64,000 bases of DNA from an uncultured Acidobacteriota bacterium (lineage in GTDB: Bacteria; Acidobacteriota; Vicinamibacteria; Vicinamibacterales; SCN-69-37): positions 907,427 through 971,426 of the forward strand of contig CAVSQJ010000002.1 of the NCBI GenBank assembly GCA_963730095.1, in the 5' to 3' direction. The stretch's first letter is position 1; each line of letters starts with the position of its first letter. This document shows, in pieces, positions 18,478-31,558 of the stretch. The notes below the pieces were generated by a model. It had not been told where the DNA came from. It did not search any database and saw nothing but the letters and a program-made list of their open reading frames with translations. The position numbers and the translations under genes were made by a program.

Positions 18478-19932
18478 ATGGCCAGCCTTTCCCCGCTCGT
18501 CGAGCACCTGTTGCGCCGGGCCGGCTTTGGTGTGGGCGCGGCCGAAACGGCGCGCTACAACCGGCTGAGTTTCCTCGCGGTTGTCGATGATCTCCTCAAC
18601 TTCGATCCGGCTCAGGCCGACGTCGACGCAAACATCGGCACGCCCGGGTACGTCGGCATCACGACGAAAGGGCAGTTCTCGCCGAACCAGGTGATCAACG
18701 ATTCGCGGCAGCGCTGGCTGTTCCGGCTGGTGCACTCGCCAGCGCCGCTCCAGGAGAAGATGGCGCTCTTCTGGCACCAGCACTTTGCGACGGCGTACAG
18801 CAAGATTCAGAGCATCATCGGCACGACGGACGGCGCCCGCACGCTGGCGGCCAAGCCGTCGGAGGATCCTGGCCAGGCGCGCGGCCAGCTCGAGCTCTTC
18901 CGCCAGTTCGCGCTCGGCAACTTCCGCGATCTGCTGCTCGAGGTCGCGAAAGATCCCGCGATGCTCGTCTGGCTCGACGGCCGGCTCAACACGAAGACGA
19001 ACCCGCAGGAGAACTTCGGTCGCGAGCTGATGGAGCTGTTCACGTTCGGTCTGAACTACGTCGAGGCCGACGTCTACGCCGCCGCTCGCGTCTTCACCGG
19101 CTGGAACATGACGACGACGGGCGCGCGCGGCACGGCGTCGGCGTACTACGCGTTCAGCTACAACGCCGCGGCCCACGAGACCTCGGCGAAGACGTTCAGC
19201 TTTCCGATCTACCCGGGCGGAAGCAAGACGATTCCCCCGCGCAGCAGCACGGGCGGGATGCAGGACGGTGTCGATCTCATCAATGCGCTCGCGACACATC
19301 CCGAAACGGCCAAGCGCATGGCGGGCAAACTCTGGACGTGGTTCGTCGACGAGGTGAGCGCGCCGGACGACGCATTCGTGCAATCGATCGCGAGCGTGTA
19401 TCTGCAGAGCGGCACGGACATGAAGACCGTCGTGCAGGCCGTGCTCTCTTCGAGTCAGTTTCTGGACACCGCCCGGTACTTCCATCGGTATTCGTGGCCG
19501 GCCGAGTTCGTGCCGCGCGCGCTGAAAGAGGTGGGGTACCTCGGCTTTTCGGTGAACGACGCGCTGACGCCGATGGTGAACATGGGCCAGCAGCTGTTCG
19601 AGCCGCCCGACGTCGCCGGGTGGGAGCTCGGGCCCGGGTGGTTTTCGACCGGGCGTATGCTCGCGCGGATGAACTTCGCGGCCCAGCTCGCGACGAATCA
19701 GAAGTTCGCGCTGCGCGACCAGTCGAAGCCCTACACGCTCACGCCCGAGTCGCTCGTGAACTTCGTCGTGGACACCCTCAACGTGCCGGCGCCCGCGTCC
19801 GACGTGTACTCCGCCCTGACCAACTACGTGCGATCTGGCGCGCCATGGAGCGCGTCCGACGCGCAAGTGCTCGCCAAGGCGGCCGGGTTGTTTCACCTCG
19901 TCGTGGGCTCCGGCGATTACCAGTTCCTGTAG
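18478..19932 (+). CDS. DUF1800 domain-containing protein
   Basis: The N-terminal HLLRRAGFGV...FWHQHFAT pattern is typical of DUF1800. Always-paired context with the next gene. Confidence 0.75.
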   Translation: MASLSPLVEHLLRRAGFGVGAAETARYNRLSFLAVVDDLLNFDPAQADVDANIGTPGYVGITTKGQFSPNQVINDSRQRWLFRLVHSPAPLQEKMALFWHQHFATAYSKIQSIIGTTDGARTLAAKPSEDPGQARGQLELFRQFALGNFRDLLLEVAKDPAMLVWLDGRLNTKTNPQENFGRELMELFTFGLNYVEADVYAAARVFTGWNMTTTGARGTASAYYAFSYNAAAHETSAKTFSFPIYPGGSKTIPPRSSTGGMQDGVDLINALATHPETAKRMAGKLWTWFVDEVSAPDDAFVQSIASVYLQSGTDMKTVVQAVLSSSQFLDTARYFHRYSWPAEFVPRALKEVGYLGFSVNDALTPMVNMGQQLFEPPDVAGWELGPGWFSTGRMLARMNFAAQLATNQKFALRDQSKPYTLTPESLVNFVVDTLNVPAPASDVYSALTNYVRSGAPWSASDAQVLAKAAGLFHLVVGSGDYQFL

Positions 19933-19944
19933 AGGGTCGATGGC

Positions 19945-21210
19945 ATGAAGGTCACTCGACGGGAATTCATCCAGGGCGGCGTCACGGCGTTCACCGTCGG
20001 CTTCGCCGCTCCGGCGTTTCTCTCGGACCTGGCGATCGCGCAGGGCGCCTCGAGCCGCAACCTCGTGGTCCTGTATCTCGCCGGCGGCAACGACGCGTTG
20101 TCGACGCTCGTGCCGTACACCGACAATTTCTATTTCAGCCGCCGGCCGACGATCGCGGTGCCGGCGGGCAGCGTCATCCAGATTGGCAGCGATAGCGCCG
20201 GACATCCGCTCGGGCTGCACCCGCGCCTGACCGGGCTCAAGCAGATCTTCGACGCCGGCAGCCTCGCGATCGTGCAGCGCAGCGGGTACTCGAACTCGAG
20301 CCGCTCACATTTTCAGGGCACCGACATCTGGTCGACGGCGAATCCGGCAAACTCCGTCGGCCCGGGCTGGCTCGGGCGGTACCTCGACACGCTGCCGTCG
20401 CCGGTCGACCCGCTCGTGGGCTGGTGCACGACCGGCGAGGTGCCGCACACGCTGATCGGCAGGCTGGTCAGCGCGCCGGCGATTCCGAATCCGACGGCCT
20501 ACGCGTTCCAGAGCCCGAACGGCGGCGTCGAGGCGACGTACTCGCGCACGGCGATGACGGCGATCGCATCGCATCTTCCGGCGGATCAACCGCACGTCTC
20601 GTTCGTGAACAGCACGGCAGAAGCTGCGCTCGCCACGCTCGATCGCGTCGCGAAGGTCACGACGTACACGCCGTCAGTCACCTACGCGAACGACGGGCTG
20701 TCTCAAGCGCTCAAGACCGTGGCCGGCGCGATGGTGAAGGGCATCGGGACGAAGGTCTTCTGGGTGCAGATCGGCGGCTTCGACACGCACGCCACGCAGA
20801 ACGTCAACGCCGCGAATGCCGGTTACGCGAATCTGATGGGCACGCTCAGCGCAGCGCTGCTCGCTTTCTATACTGATCTCAAGAATCAGGGGCTGCTGCA
20901 GAGCACGCTCGTCGTGCAGTTCTCGGAGTTCGGTCGCCGCATCACCGAGAACGGCAGTGCGGGCACCGACCACGGCGCGGCCGGCCTCATGCTCGTCATG
21001 GGCGGCGCGGTGCACGGCGGACTCTACGGCACCGCCGCCTCGCTCAATCCCGCGGGCGGCAACCCGACGCTCGAAAACAATGGCGGCGACGTCACCTACG
21101 AGACGGATTTCCGCTCCGTCTACGCGCGCGTCATCGACAACTGGCTCGGCGCCAATTCGCTGCAAGTGCTCGGCGGGGACTTCAAGAAGAGCAACCTCAA
21201 CTTTATTTGA
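19945..21210 (+). CDS. DUF1501 domain-containing protein (Tat-signal, sulfatase/alkaline-phosphatase-like)
   Basis: MKVTRREFIQGG twin-arginine motif; LAGGNDALS, IGGFDTHA, GTDHGAAG. Confidence 0.8.
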   Translation: MKVTRREFIQGGVTAFTVGFAAPAFLSDLAIAQGASSRNLVVLYLAGGNDALSTLVPYTDNFYFSRRPTIAVPAGSVIQIGSDSAGHPLGLHPRLTGLKQIFDAGSLAIVQRSGYSNSSRSHFQGTDIWSTANPANSVGPGWLGRYLDTLPSPVDPLVGWCTTGEVPHTLIGRLVSAPAIPNPTAYAFQSPNGGVEATYSRTAMTAIASHLPADQPHVSFVNSTAEAALATLDRVAKVTTYTPSVTYANDGLSQALKTVAGAMVKGIGTKVFWVQIGGFDTHATQNVNAANAGYANLMGTLSAALLAFYTDLKNQGLLQSTLVVQFSEFGRRITENGSAGTDHGAAGLMLVMGGAVHGGLYGTAASLNPAGGNPTLENNGGDVTYETDFRSVYARVIDNWLGANSLQVLGGDFKKSNLNFI

Positions 21211-21213
21211 GGT

Positions 21214-21300
21214 GGGTTCCCAAGGGTTCCCAGGGGTTCCTAGGGGTCTCTTGGGGTTTCTTGGGTTCCTTGGTTTCTGAGCGTTCCCGGGGGTTCCTGT
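21214..21300. repeat. left arm: ~8 tandem GGGTTCCNAG-type 9-10 nt units
   Basis: gggttcccaa gggttcccag gggttcctag gggtctcttg gggtttcttg ggttccttg ... gttcccgggggttcctg. Starts 4 nt after the DUF1501 stop. Confidence 0.9.
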
Positions 21301-21329
21301 CTGTGTCCGCGTGTGGCGTTTGCGCGTCG

Positions 21330-21516
21330 CCTGGCCGCGGCGTCGGAGCTCGTGAATCCGGTCGGGTGGAAGCGATTCGAGGTACAGGATCAGCCCCAGC
21401 ATGGCTTTCCGTCCCCGAAGCGCGAGCCGCTTGATTTGTTCGGCTTCGTCCTTGGACGCCAGCTCGACCGATGGCCGTACACGCCCATGCGCGAGTACAC
21501 CCACAACACGTGCCAC
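21330..21516 (-). pseudogene. possible ribbon-helix-helix (CopG/Arc/MetJ-like) small gene remnant with no proper stop
   Basis: The minus frame of ORF 20674..21516 reads VRPSVELASKDEAEQIKRLALRGRKAMLGLILYLESLPPDRIHELRRRG. This has a beta-alpha-alpha pattern and raised GC3. The frame then runs through the repeat arm and antisense into the DUF1501 gene without a stop. Confidence 0.25.
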
Positions 21517-21600
21517 CGGCGTTTTCGAGCAAACTGAGTTGACGCCTCGAAAGGAATGCGGAACCTGCGATCCTCGAAGCCGTGCGGGTCGCAGAATGTC

Positions 21601-21640
21601 GGACCTTGAACCCTTGGAACCCTTTGGAACCCCTAGCCCT
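21601..21640. repeat. right arm: inverted copies of the GGTTCC unit (CCTTGGAACCC)
   Basis: ggaccttgaacccttggaaccctttggaacccctagccct is complementary to 21214-21250. It abuts the kinase stop at 21641. Confidence 0.85.
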
Positions 21641-24463
<2,823 letters not shown>

Positions 24464-24485
24464 TCAGCGCATTATAGGGGCCTTC

Positions 24486-24833
24486 ATGTACGAGCATCAT
24501 TCAGCGCGGCTGCTGACGCCGCGGCAGTTCGCGGGCCGCATGGCGCGGCACGTCGCATGGGCAGGCACACTCGTGGCGGCGTCGCTTGCCGTGGGGATGG
24601 CCGGCTACATGACCGTCGGCCGCATGGGCTGGGTCGACGCGTTTCTGAACTCCTGCATGCTGCTTGGGGGCATGGGACCGGTCGGCGATCTGCCGAGCTC
24701 AGCGGCGAAGATCTTCGCGGGCTGCTACGCGCTGTACGCTGGGCTCGTCTTCATTGCGATCGCCGCGATTATCATCGCGCCTGTGGCGCATCGGGTGTTG
24801 CACATCCTGCACTTGAGCCGGACCAGCCGCTGA
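24486..24833 (+). CDS. small 2-TM ion-channel-like membrane protein with a non-canonical pore loop
   Basis: TM1 WAGTLVAASLAVGMAGYMTV; pore-helix-like GWVDAFLNSCMLLGGMGPVGDLP; TM2 KIFAGCYALYAGLVFIAIAAIIIAPV. The layout mimics the K+ channel pore module, but the TVGYG filter is replaced by GGMGPVG. Confidence 0.6.
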   Translation: MYEHHSARLLTPRQFAGRMARHVAWAGTLVAASLAVGMAGYMTVGRMGWVDAFLNSCMLLGGMGPVGDLPSSAAKIFAGCYALYAGLVFIAIAAIIIAPVAHRVLHILHLSRTSR

Positions 24834-24887
24834 CGTCTAACTTTTGGATAGCTAGGCTCGTCTAACAGGCATCCACGGAGGTCGGAG

Positions 24888-27380
24888 ATGAGCCAGGGGT
24901 CGGTCCTCGATGCGCTGTGGCGCGACATCAAGTACGCCATCCGCGTGCTGCGGCGGACGCCTGCCTTCACGATGACGGCGATTGCGACGCTCGCGCTGGT
25001 CATCGGCGCGAACACGTCGGTGTTCAGCCTGGCGGACAGCATCCTCCTCCGGCCGCTTCCGTACCCCCAGCCCGATCGGCTCGCGATGGTGGAGGTCGAG
25101 GGCCAGTCACCCAAGGGGCCCGGGACGTGGGAATCGCACGACGGCACGACGTGGGAGCTCCTGCGCGACGGGGCGTCGGCCATCGACGTCGCGGTCATCG
25201 CGAGTGGCTTCGGCCACGACGTCAATCTCGTCGTCGGCACGTCGGCGCTGGCCGTGAGCCAGGCGCGCGTCGGCGCGGGGTATTTTCACGTGCTCGGCGT
25301 CGCGCCGGCGATCGGGCGCGAGTTCACGCGCGACGAGGACCGGCCGGGCGGCGCGGCGGTGTGCGTCATCAGCTACCCGTTGTGGCAGCGCGTGTTCGAT
25401 GGCGCCACGAGCGCGGTCGGTCAGTCGCTGCTGCTGCGCGGCGAGTCGTTCGAGGTCATCGGCGTGATGCCCCGGGGCTTCGAAAACCCTGGCGATCCGG
25501 CCGACGTGTGGACGCCCGTGCGTCCCGCGCGCACGGGTGAAGGCGGCGGTACGAATTTCGGCATCATCGCGCGCGTCAAGGAGGGGCATTCGTGGCAGGA
25601 AGCGATCGCCGCGATGCCGGCGCTCGACAGCGACTTCTACAAGCGCGTGACCGGTGCGGACAACACCGTCGGCTTCAGCGGTCACTTCACGCTCGTGCCG
25701 CTTCAGGGCACGCTCGTCGCCGACGTGCAGCAGCCGATCGTGATGCTTGGCGGCGCGGTGTTCACGGTGCTCCTCATCGCGTGCGTCAACCTTGCGGTGC
25801 TGCTGCTCGTCCGAGGCGGGGCACGTACCAAAGAGATCGCGACGCGCATGGCCCTCGGTGGCGGCCGGCGCGACGTGTTGCGGCAGTTGCTGATCGAGAG
25901 CGCCGTGCTGGGCCTCGTCGGAGGCGCACTCGGACTCGTGGTCGGGTCGGTCGGCCTCGAAGCGCTCAAGTCGCTGGGCGGCACGACGTTCCAGCAATGG
26001 ACGCACGTCACCCTCGACGCGCGCATGGTGGCGTTCACGCTGGGGTTGTCGCTCGTCACGTGCCTGCTCTTCGGCGTCGTGCCGGCCATGCAGGCGAGCC
26101 GGCTCGACGTGCAGGCGGCGCTCACCGAGGGCGGATCGCGGAGCATCGCCGGCGGATCGCGGCCGTGGCTGCGGCGCGTTCTGGTCGGCGCTGAAGTCGC
26201 GCTCGGCGTCGCGCTGCTCGTCGTGACGTCGCTGCTGATTCGCGCGTTCGTAAATCTCCGCAGCATCGATCCGGGCTTCGATCCGACGCACGTGGTGACG
26301 ACGAGCGTGTCACTGCAGGACGCCCGCTACAAAACCGCGGCGCAGATGAATCTGCTCTTCGACGAGACGGTCCGTCGGCTCGAGCAGACGCCGGGAATCG
26401 AGTCGGCCGCCGTCTCGCTCGAGCTGCCCTATCGACGGCTGCTCAATCTGGGCTTCCGCTTTGCCGACGATGCCGCAGACAAGGGGCACATCGCGAACGT
26501 GATGTACGTGACGCCGGACTTTTTCAAGACGCTCCGCATCCCGCTCGTCGCCGGCCGCACGATCACGCCATCCGACGCGCCGACGTCGCCAGACGTCGTC
26601 GTGGTCAATCGAGGCTTCATGACGTTCGAGACGGACGGCCGCGATCCGATCGGACGCCGGATCCGGTTGAGCGGCGTCGAGCGCGAGGTCGTCGGGGTGG
26701 TTGGCGACGTCAAAGTGACGAGCTCGGGGTTCTTTCTGACCGGCATGATGAAAGGCCCGATCACGAGCGGTCCGTTGATCTACCTGCCGGCCGCGCAGAC
26801 GCCGGACAGCTTTCTCGGCATGCACATCTGGTTTGCGCCGATGTGGACGGTCCGAACGTCCAATCCGGCGGTCGCCGAGGAGGCGTTGCAGCGCGCGATG
26901 AGCACGGTGGATCCGCTGCTGCCGCTCGGACGCATCCGGCAGATGGTCGACATCCAGGCCGCGGCGACGGCCAGACAGCGCCTGTTGATGATTCTCGTGG
27001 GCGTGCTGGGGGCGGCCGCCGTGCTCCTTGCCGCGGTCGGCATTCACGGGCTCATCGCGCATTCGGTGCAGCAGCGCGCGCGCGAGTTCGGCATCCGGCT
27101 CGCGCTCGGCGCGACGACGGGCGGCACGATCCGCGACGTCGCGATGTCCGGCGTCGTCATCGCGCTCGGCGGAGCAGTCGCCGGCGTGGGCCTTGCGGTT
27201 CTGGCCGTGCGCCTGATGGAAAGTCTCGTGAGCAGCGACTATCTCTGGGGCGTCACGAGCCGGGCGCCGTCGACGTACATCGAGGTGGCGCTGTTTCTCG
27301 TTGCCGTCGCGGCGGTGGCGAGCCTGATTCCCGCGCTGCGGATCCTGCGGGTCGATCCGGCCGAGACGCTGCGCAGCTGA
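24888..27380 (+). CDS. ADOP-family duplicated permease (MacB/FtsX-like, two FtsX domains); no adjacent PadR
   Basis: ATG after GGAGGTCGGAG. DIKYAIRVLRRTPAFTMTAIATLALVIGANT...LLRPLPYPQPDRL. Two TM bundles separated by a periplasmic domain. Confidence 0.85.
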   Translation: MSQGSVLDALWRDIKYAIRVLRRTPAFTMTAIATLALVIGANTSVFSLADSILLRPLPYPQPDRLAMVEVEGQSPKGPGTWESHDGTTWELLRDGASAIDVAVIASGFGHDVNLVVGTSALAVSQARVGAGYFHVLGVAPAIGREFTRDEDRPGGAAVCVISYPLWQRVFDGATSAVGQSLLLRGESFEVIGVMPRGFENPGDPADVWTPVRPARTGEGGGTNFGIIARVKEGHSWQEAIAAMPALDSDFYKRVTGADNTVGFSGHFTLVPLQGTLVADVQQPIVMLGGAVFTVLLIACVNLAVLLLVRGGARTKEIATRMALGGGRRDVLRQLLIESAVLGLVGGALGLVVGSVGLEALKSLGGTTFQQWTHVTLDARMVAFTLGLSLVTCLLFGVVPAMQASRLDVQAALTEGGSRSIAGGSRPWLRRVLVGAEVALGVALLVVTSLLIRAFVNLRSIDPGFDPTHVVTTSVSLQDARYKTAAQMNLLFDETVRRLEQTPGIESAAVSLELPYRRLLNLGFRFADDAADKGHIANVMYVTPDFFKTLRIPLVAGRTITPSDAPTSPDVVVVNRGFMTFETDGRDPIGRRIRLSGVEREVVGVVGDVKVTSSGFFLTGMMKGPITSGPLIYLPAAQTPDSFLGMHIWFAPMWTVRTSNPAVAEEALQRAMSTVDPLLPLGRIRQMVDIQAAATARQRLLMILVGVLGAAAVLLAAVGIHGLIAHSVQQRAREFGIRLALGATTGGTIRDVAMSGVVIALGGAVAGVGLAVLAVRLMESLVSSDYLWGVTSRAPSTYIEVALFLVAVAAVASLIPALRILRVDPAETLRS

Positions 27381-27395
27381 CAGCGCACCAAGCGC

Positions 27396-29095
<1,700 letters not shown>

Positions 29096-29107
29096 GCTCC
29101 ATTAAAA

Positions 29108-29161
29108 CATGAGGGCGTGAAGGGCATGAAGGGCCTTCACGCCCAGCACGTCCTTCATGTT
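29108..29161. repeat. hairpin built from 9-nt units (3 direct TGAAGGGC-type units + 3 inverted)
   Basis: catgagggc gtgaagggc atgaagggc | cttcacgcc cagcacgtc cttcatgtt. Lies between the OMP stop (29166) and the glnS start (29095). Confidence 0.85.
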
Positions 29162-29165
29162 CGCG

Positions 29166-29804
29166 TCAGAAACCCAGCCGCACGCCCGCGGACACCCCGT
29201 TGGTGCTGATCGACTGGTTGTCCGTGAAGATGCGCACGTAGTGGTAGCCGATGTCGATGGCGGACCGCTTGCTGGTGAGGATCGACACGCCGCCGCCCAC
29301 GGACATCATCGGCTTGGTCTGATCCTGCGTCAGATCGGAGGCGGTGATGAGCTGACCGCTCACGTCCGATCCGTTCTGATCGGCCGTCAGGTGTGTCGAG
29401 ACCATGGCGAAGCCAAAGCCGCCGTCAACGAACGGCGCGAGGTTGTTGTGCTCGGTGCCCAGCACGCGCACCGATCCGAGCCCGTACGTGCTCGGCATCG
29501 TCGCCGTGAATGAGAACGGCACCGTTCCGTCGCCGGTGAAGCCTTCGGCGGCGGTGTTGATCTGGTCGGACGTGGTCTTCGGCATGACGTTCGACATCCG
29601 GCCGAACTCGCCGAGGATCTGCAGGTGTTTGGTTGGGGCGACGGTGATACCCGCGGCCGCGAGCCCGCCGGCCTCATTGCCGAACGTCATGCCGCCGCCG
29701 GCGGTCAGGTACGCCCGCGGGGTGTCGGACTGCGCCGCCGCGTACGACGCGGAGGCGAGGAGTACGAGGACCGAGAACAGCGGAGTCAGGCACTTACGAG
29801 TCAT
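29166..29804 (-). CDS. small outer-membrane beta-barrel protein (OmpW/OmpA-barrel-like)
   Basis: ATG at 29804 after GAGGAG. Signal peptide MTRKCLTPLFSVLVLLASASYAAAQ. Alternating beta-strand pattern; ends GVSAGVRLGF. Confidence 0.8.
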   Translation of the reverse strand: MTRKCLTPLFSVLVLLASASYAAAQSDTPRAYLTAGGGMTFGNEAGGLAAAGITVAPTKHLQILGEFGRMSNVMPKTTSDQINTAAEGFTGDGTVPFSFTATMPSTYGLGSVRVLGTEHNNLAPFVDGGFGFAMVSTHLTADQNGSDVSGQLITASDLTQDQTKPMMSVGGGVSILTSKRSAIDIGYHYVRIFTDNQSISTNGVSAGVRLGF

Positions 29805-29948
29805 GATTGCGCTCCTCGACATAGGCGCGTGAGAAGCGATCGTGCGGCTTCTCCGACAGGCTGGCTCCACAAGGTATGACTGTCGCGCGGGCCGGATGGT
29901 TTACTCGTACGCTGCGGTCTGCGATACCATCGGCGCGCGGAGATCATC

Positions 29949-31049
29949 ATGTTACGTACTCGTGCTCAGCTCAGTGTTCTCGTCGCGCTGTCGGCCGCGT
30001 GGCTCTTCCTGATCGCGCCCGCGGGCGTCGTCGGCCAGCAGACGACGCCGCCGCCGCCGCCGGGAGGACGCGGCCAGGGCGGCGCGCAGAATTTCGAAGC
30101 CGCGCAGCAGCGCCAGGTGCAGACCGACGCCACGTGGCGCAAGGCGAGCGAAGGCGTGATGAAGATGACGAAGACGACCTACAAGAGCCGCAAGGACGGG
30201 CTCGAGATCCCGGTCTTCGTCTTCGAGCCGCTGAAGCCGCGCGGCCCCAAGAGCCACGCCGCGCTCGTCTGGGTGCACCCTGATATTCGCGGGCATCTGT
30301 ACGAGTACTACATTCCGTACGTCCGCGAAGCCGTGTCACGCGGCTACGTTGTCGTCGCGCCCGAGTATCGCGGGAGCGTCGGATACGGCCAGGCGTTCTT
30401 CGACGCGATCGACTACGGAGGCGCCGAAGTCGACGATGTGGTGACCGCGGTCGACTACATCAAGTCGACGCTATCGGAGGTCGATCCCGCCCGCATCGGG
30501 ATCATCGGCTGGAGCCACGGCGGCATGATCACGCTGCTCTCGATCACGCGCGAGCCCGCGATGTTCAAGAGCGCGGTCGCGATGGTGCCGGTGACGAATC
30601 TCTTTCAGCGGCTGGCCTACAAGAGCGTGGCGCGCCAGCATCAGGCGATCGACCCGGCGAATCGCTACGGCGGCCTGCCCGGCGACAGCCCTGACGTGAA
30701 CGCCGTCTATAAGGAACGATCGGCGATCTACCAGATCGACAAGCTGCAGATTCCGCTGCTCGTGCACATCACGCGAAACGATGCGGACGTCAACTTCGAG
30801 GAGGCCGAACAGCTGGTCGATGCGCTGCGCGCGCGCAAGTCGGATCTCGCGGAGACGAAGATCTACGACACTCCGCAGGGCGGTCATCTGTTCGATCGGC
30901 AGTGTCCGGCGAATCTGCCGCGCGGCAACGCCGATCCGACCGACCTCGCCAGCTACACGCCCACCAACACCCGCGAGCAGCGCGATTCGTGGGCGCGCGT
31001 CTGGGCGTTTCTGGACTGGAATCTCGACCCGTACAGCGGTGGAAAATGA
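29949..31049 (+). CDS. S9-family serine peptidase / alpha-beta hydrolase
   Basis: Signal peptide; IGIIGWSHGG (GxSxG nucleophile elbow); prolyl-oligopeptidase-like catalytic-domain layout. Confidence 0.8.
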   Translation: MLRTRAQLSVLVALSAAWLFLIAPAGVVGQQTTPPPPPGGRGQGGAQNFEAAQQRQVQTDATWRKASEGVMKMTKTTYKSRKDGLEIPVFVFEPLKPRGPKSHAALVWVHPDIRGHLYEYYIPYVREAVSRGYVVVAPEYRGSVGYGQAFFDAIDYGGAEVDDVVTAVDYIKSTLSEVDPARIGIIGWSHGGMITLLSITREPAMFKSAVAMVPVTNLFQRLAYKSVARQHQAIDPANRYGGLPGDSPDVNAVYKERSAIYQIDKLQIPLLVHITRNDADVNFEEAEQLVDALRARKSDLAETKIYDTPQGGHLFDRQCPANLPRGNADPTDLASYTPTNTREQRDSWARVWAFLDWNLDPYSGGK

Positions 31050-31058
31050 GGCCCTGCC

Positions 31059-31523
31059 TCATTCCGTGAGTGCGGCCAGTACCTCTTCAGCGTGCCCTTC
31101 GACGTTGACCTTGTCCCAGCGCCTCGCGACTTTGCCGTCGGGGCCGATGAGGTACGTCGTGCGCACGATGCCCATGTACGAGCGGCCGTACCGCATCTTC
31201 TTCTGCCACACGCCGTACTTTTCGGCGACCTCGTGATCGGCGTCGGCGAGGAGCGGGAAGTTCAGGTCGTACTTTTTAGCGAACTTTGCCTTGCTCTTCT
31301 CGTCGAGGATGCTCACGCCGAGCACGGCGGCGCGGCCCTTGCTGAATCTCGGCAGGTTGTCGCGAAACGCGCATGACTCCACGGTGCAGCCTGGCGTGTC
31401 GTCCTTCGGGTAGAAGTAGAGCACGACCGGGCGGCCGGCGTAGTCCGCCAGCTTGTGCGCTTCTCCGTTTTGATCCTTGAGCGTGAACGCGGGGGCTTTC
31501 TTGCCAGGGTCGATGAGGGGCAT
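31059..31523 (-). CDS. bcp: thioredoxin-dependent thiol peroxidase (peroxiredoxin Bcp)
   Basis: GKKAPAFTLKDQNG...VVLYFYPKDDTPGCTVESCAFRD (peroxidatic and resolving Cys). Confidence 0.9.
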   Translation of the reverse strand: MPLIDPGKKAPAFTLKDQNGEAHKLADYAGRPVVLYFYPKDDTPGCTVESCAFRDNLPRFSKGRAAVLGVSILDEKSKAKFAKKYDLNFPLLADADHEVAEKYGVWQKKMRYGRSYMGIVRTTYLIGPDGKVARRWDKVNVEGHAEEVLAALTE

Positions 31524-31558
31524 GACAACCTCGAAGCATAGCTGATGCGGACGTCACT

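Noticed and set aside
21211-21640. Insertion sequence or integron cassette
   Set aside because: There is no transposase or integrase, nor a fragment of one, inside or nearby. I kept it only as a possible MITE-like, repeat-bounded remnant (see findings).
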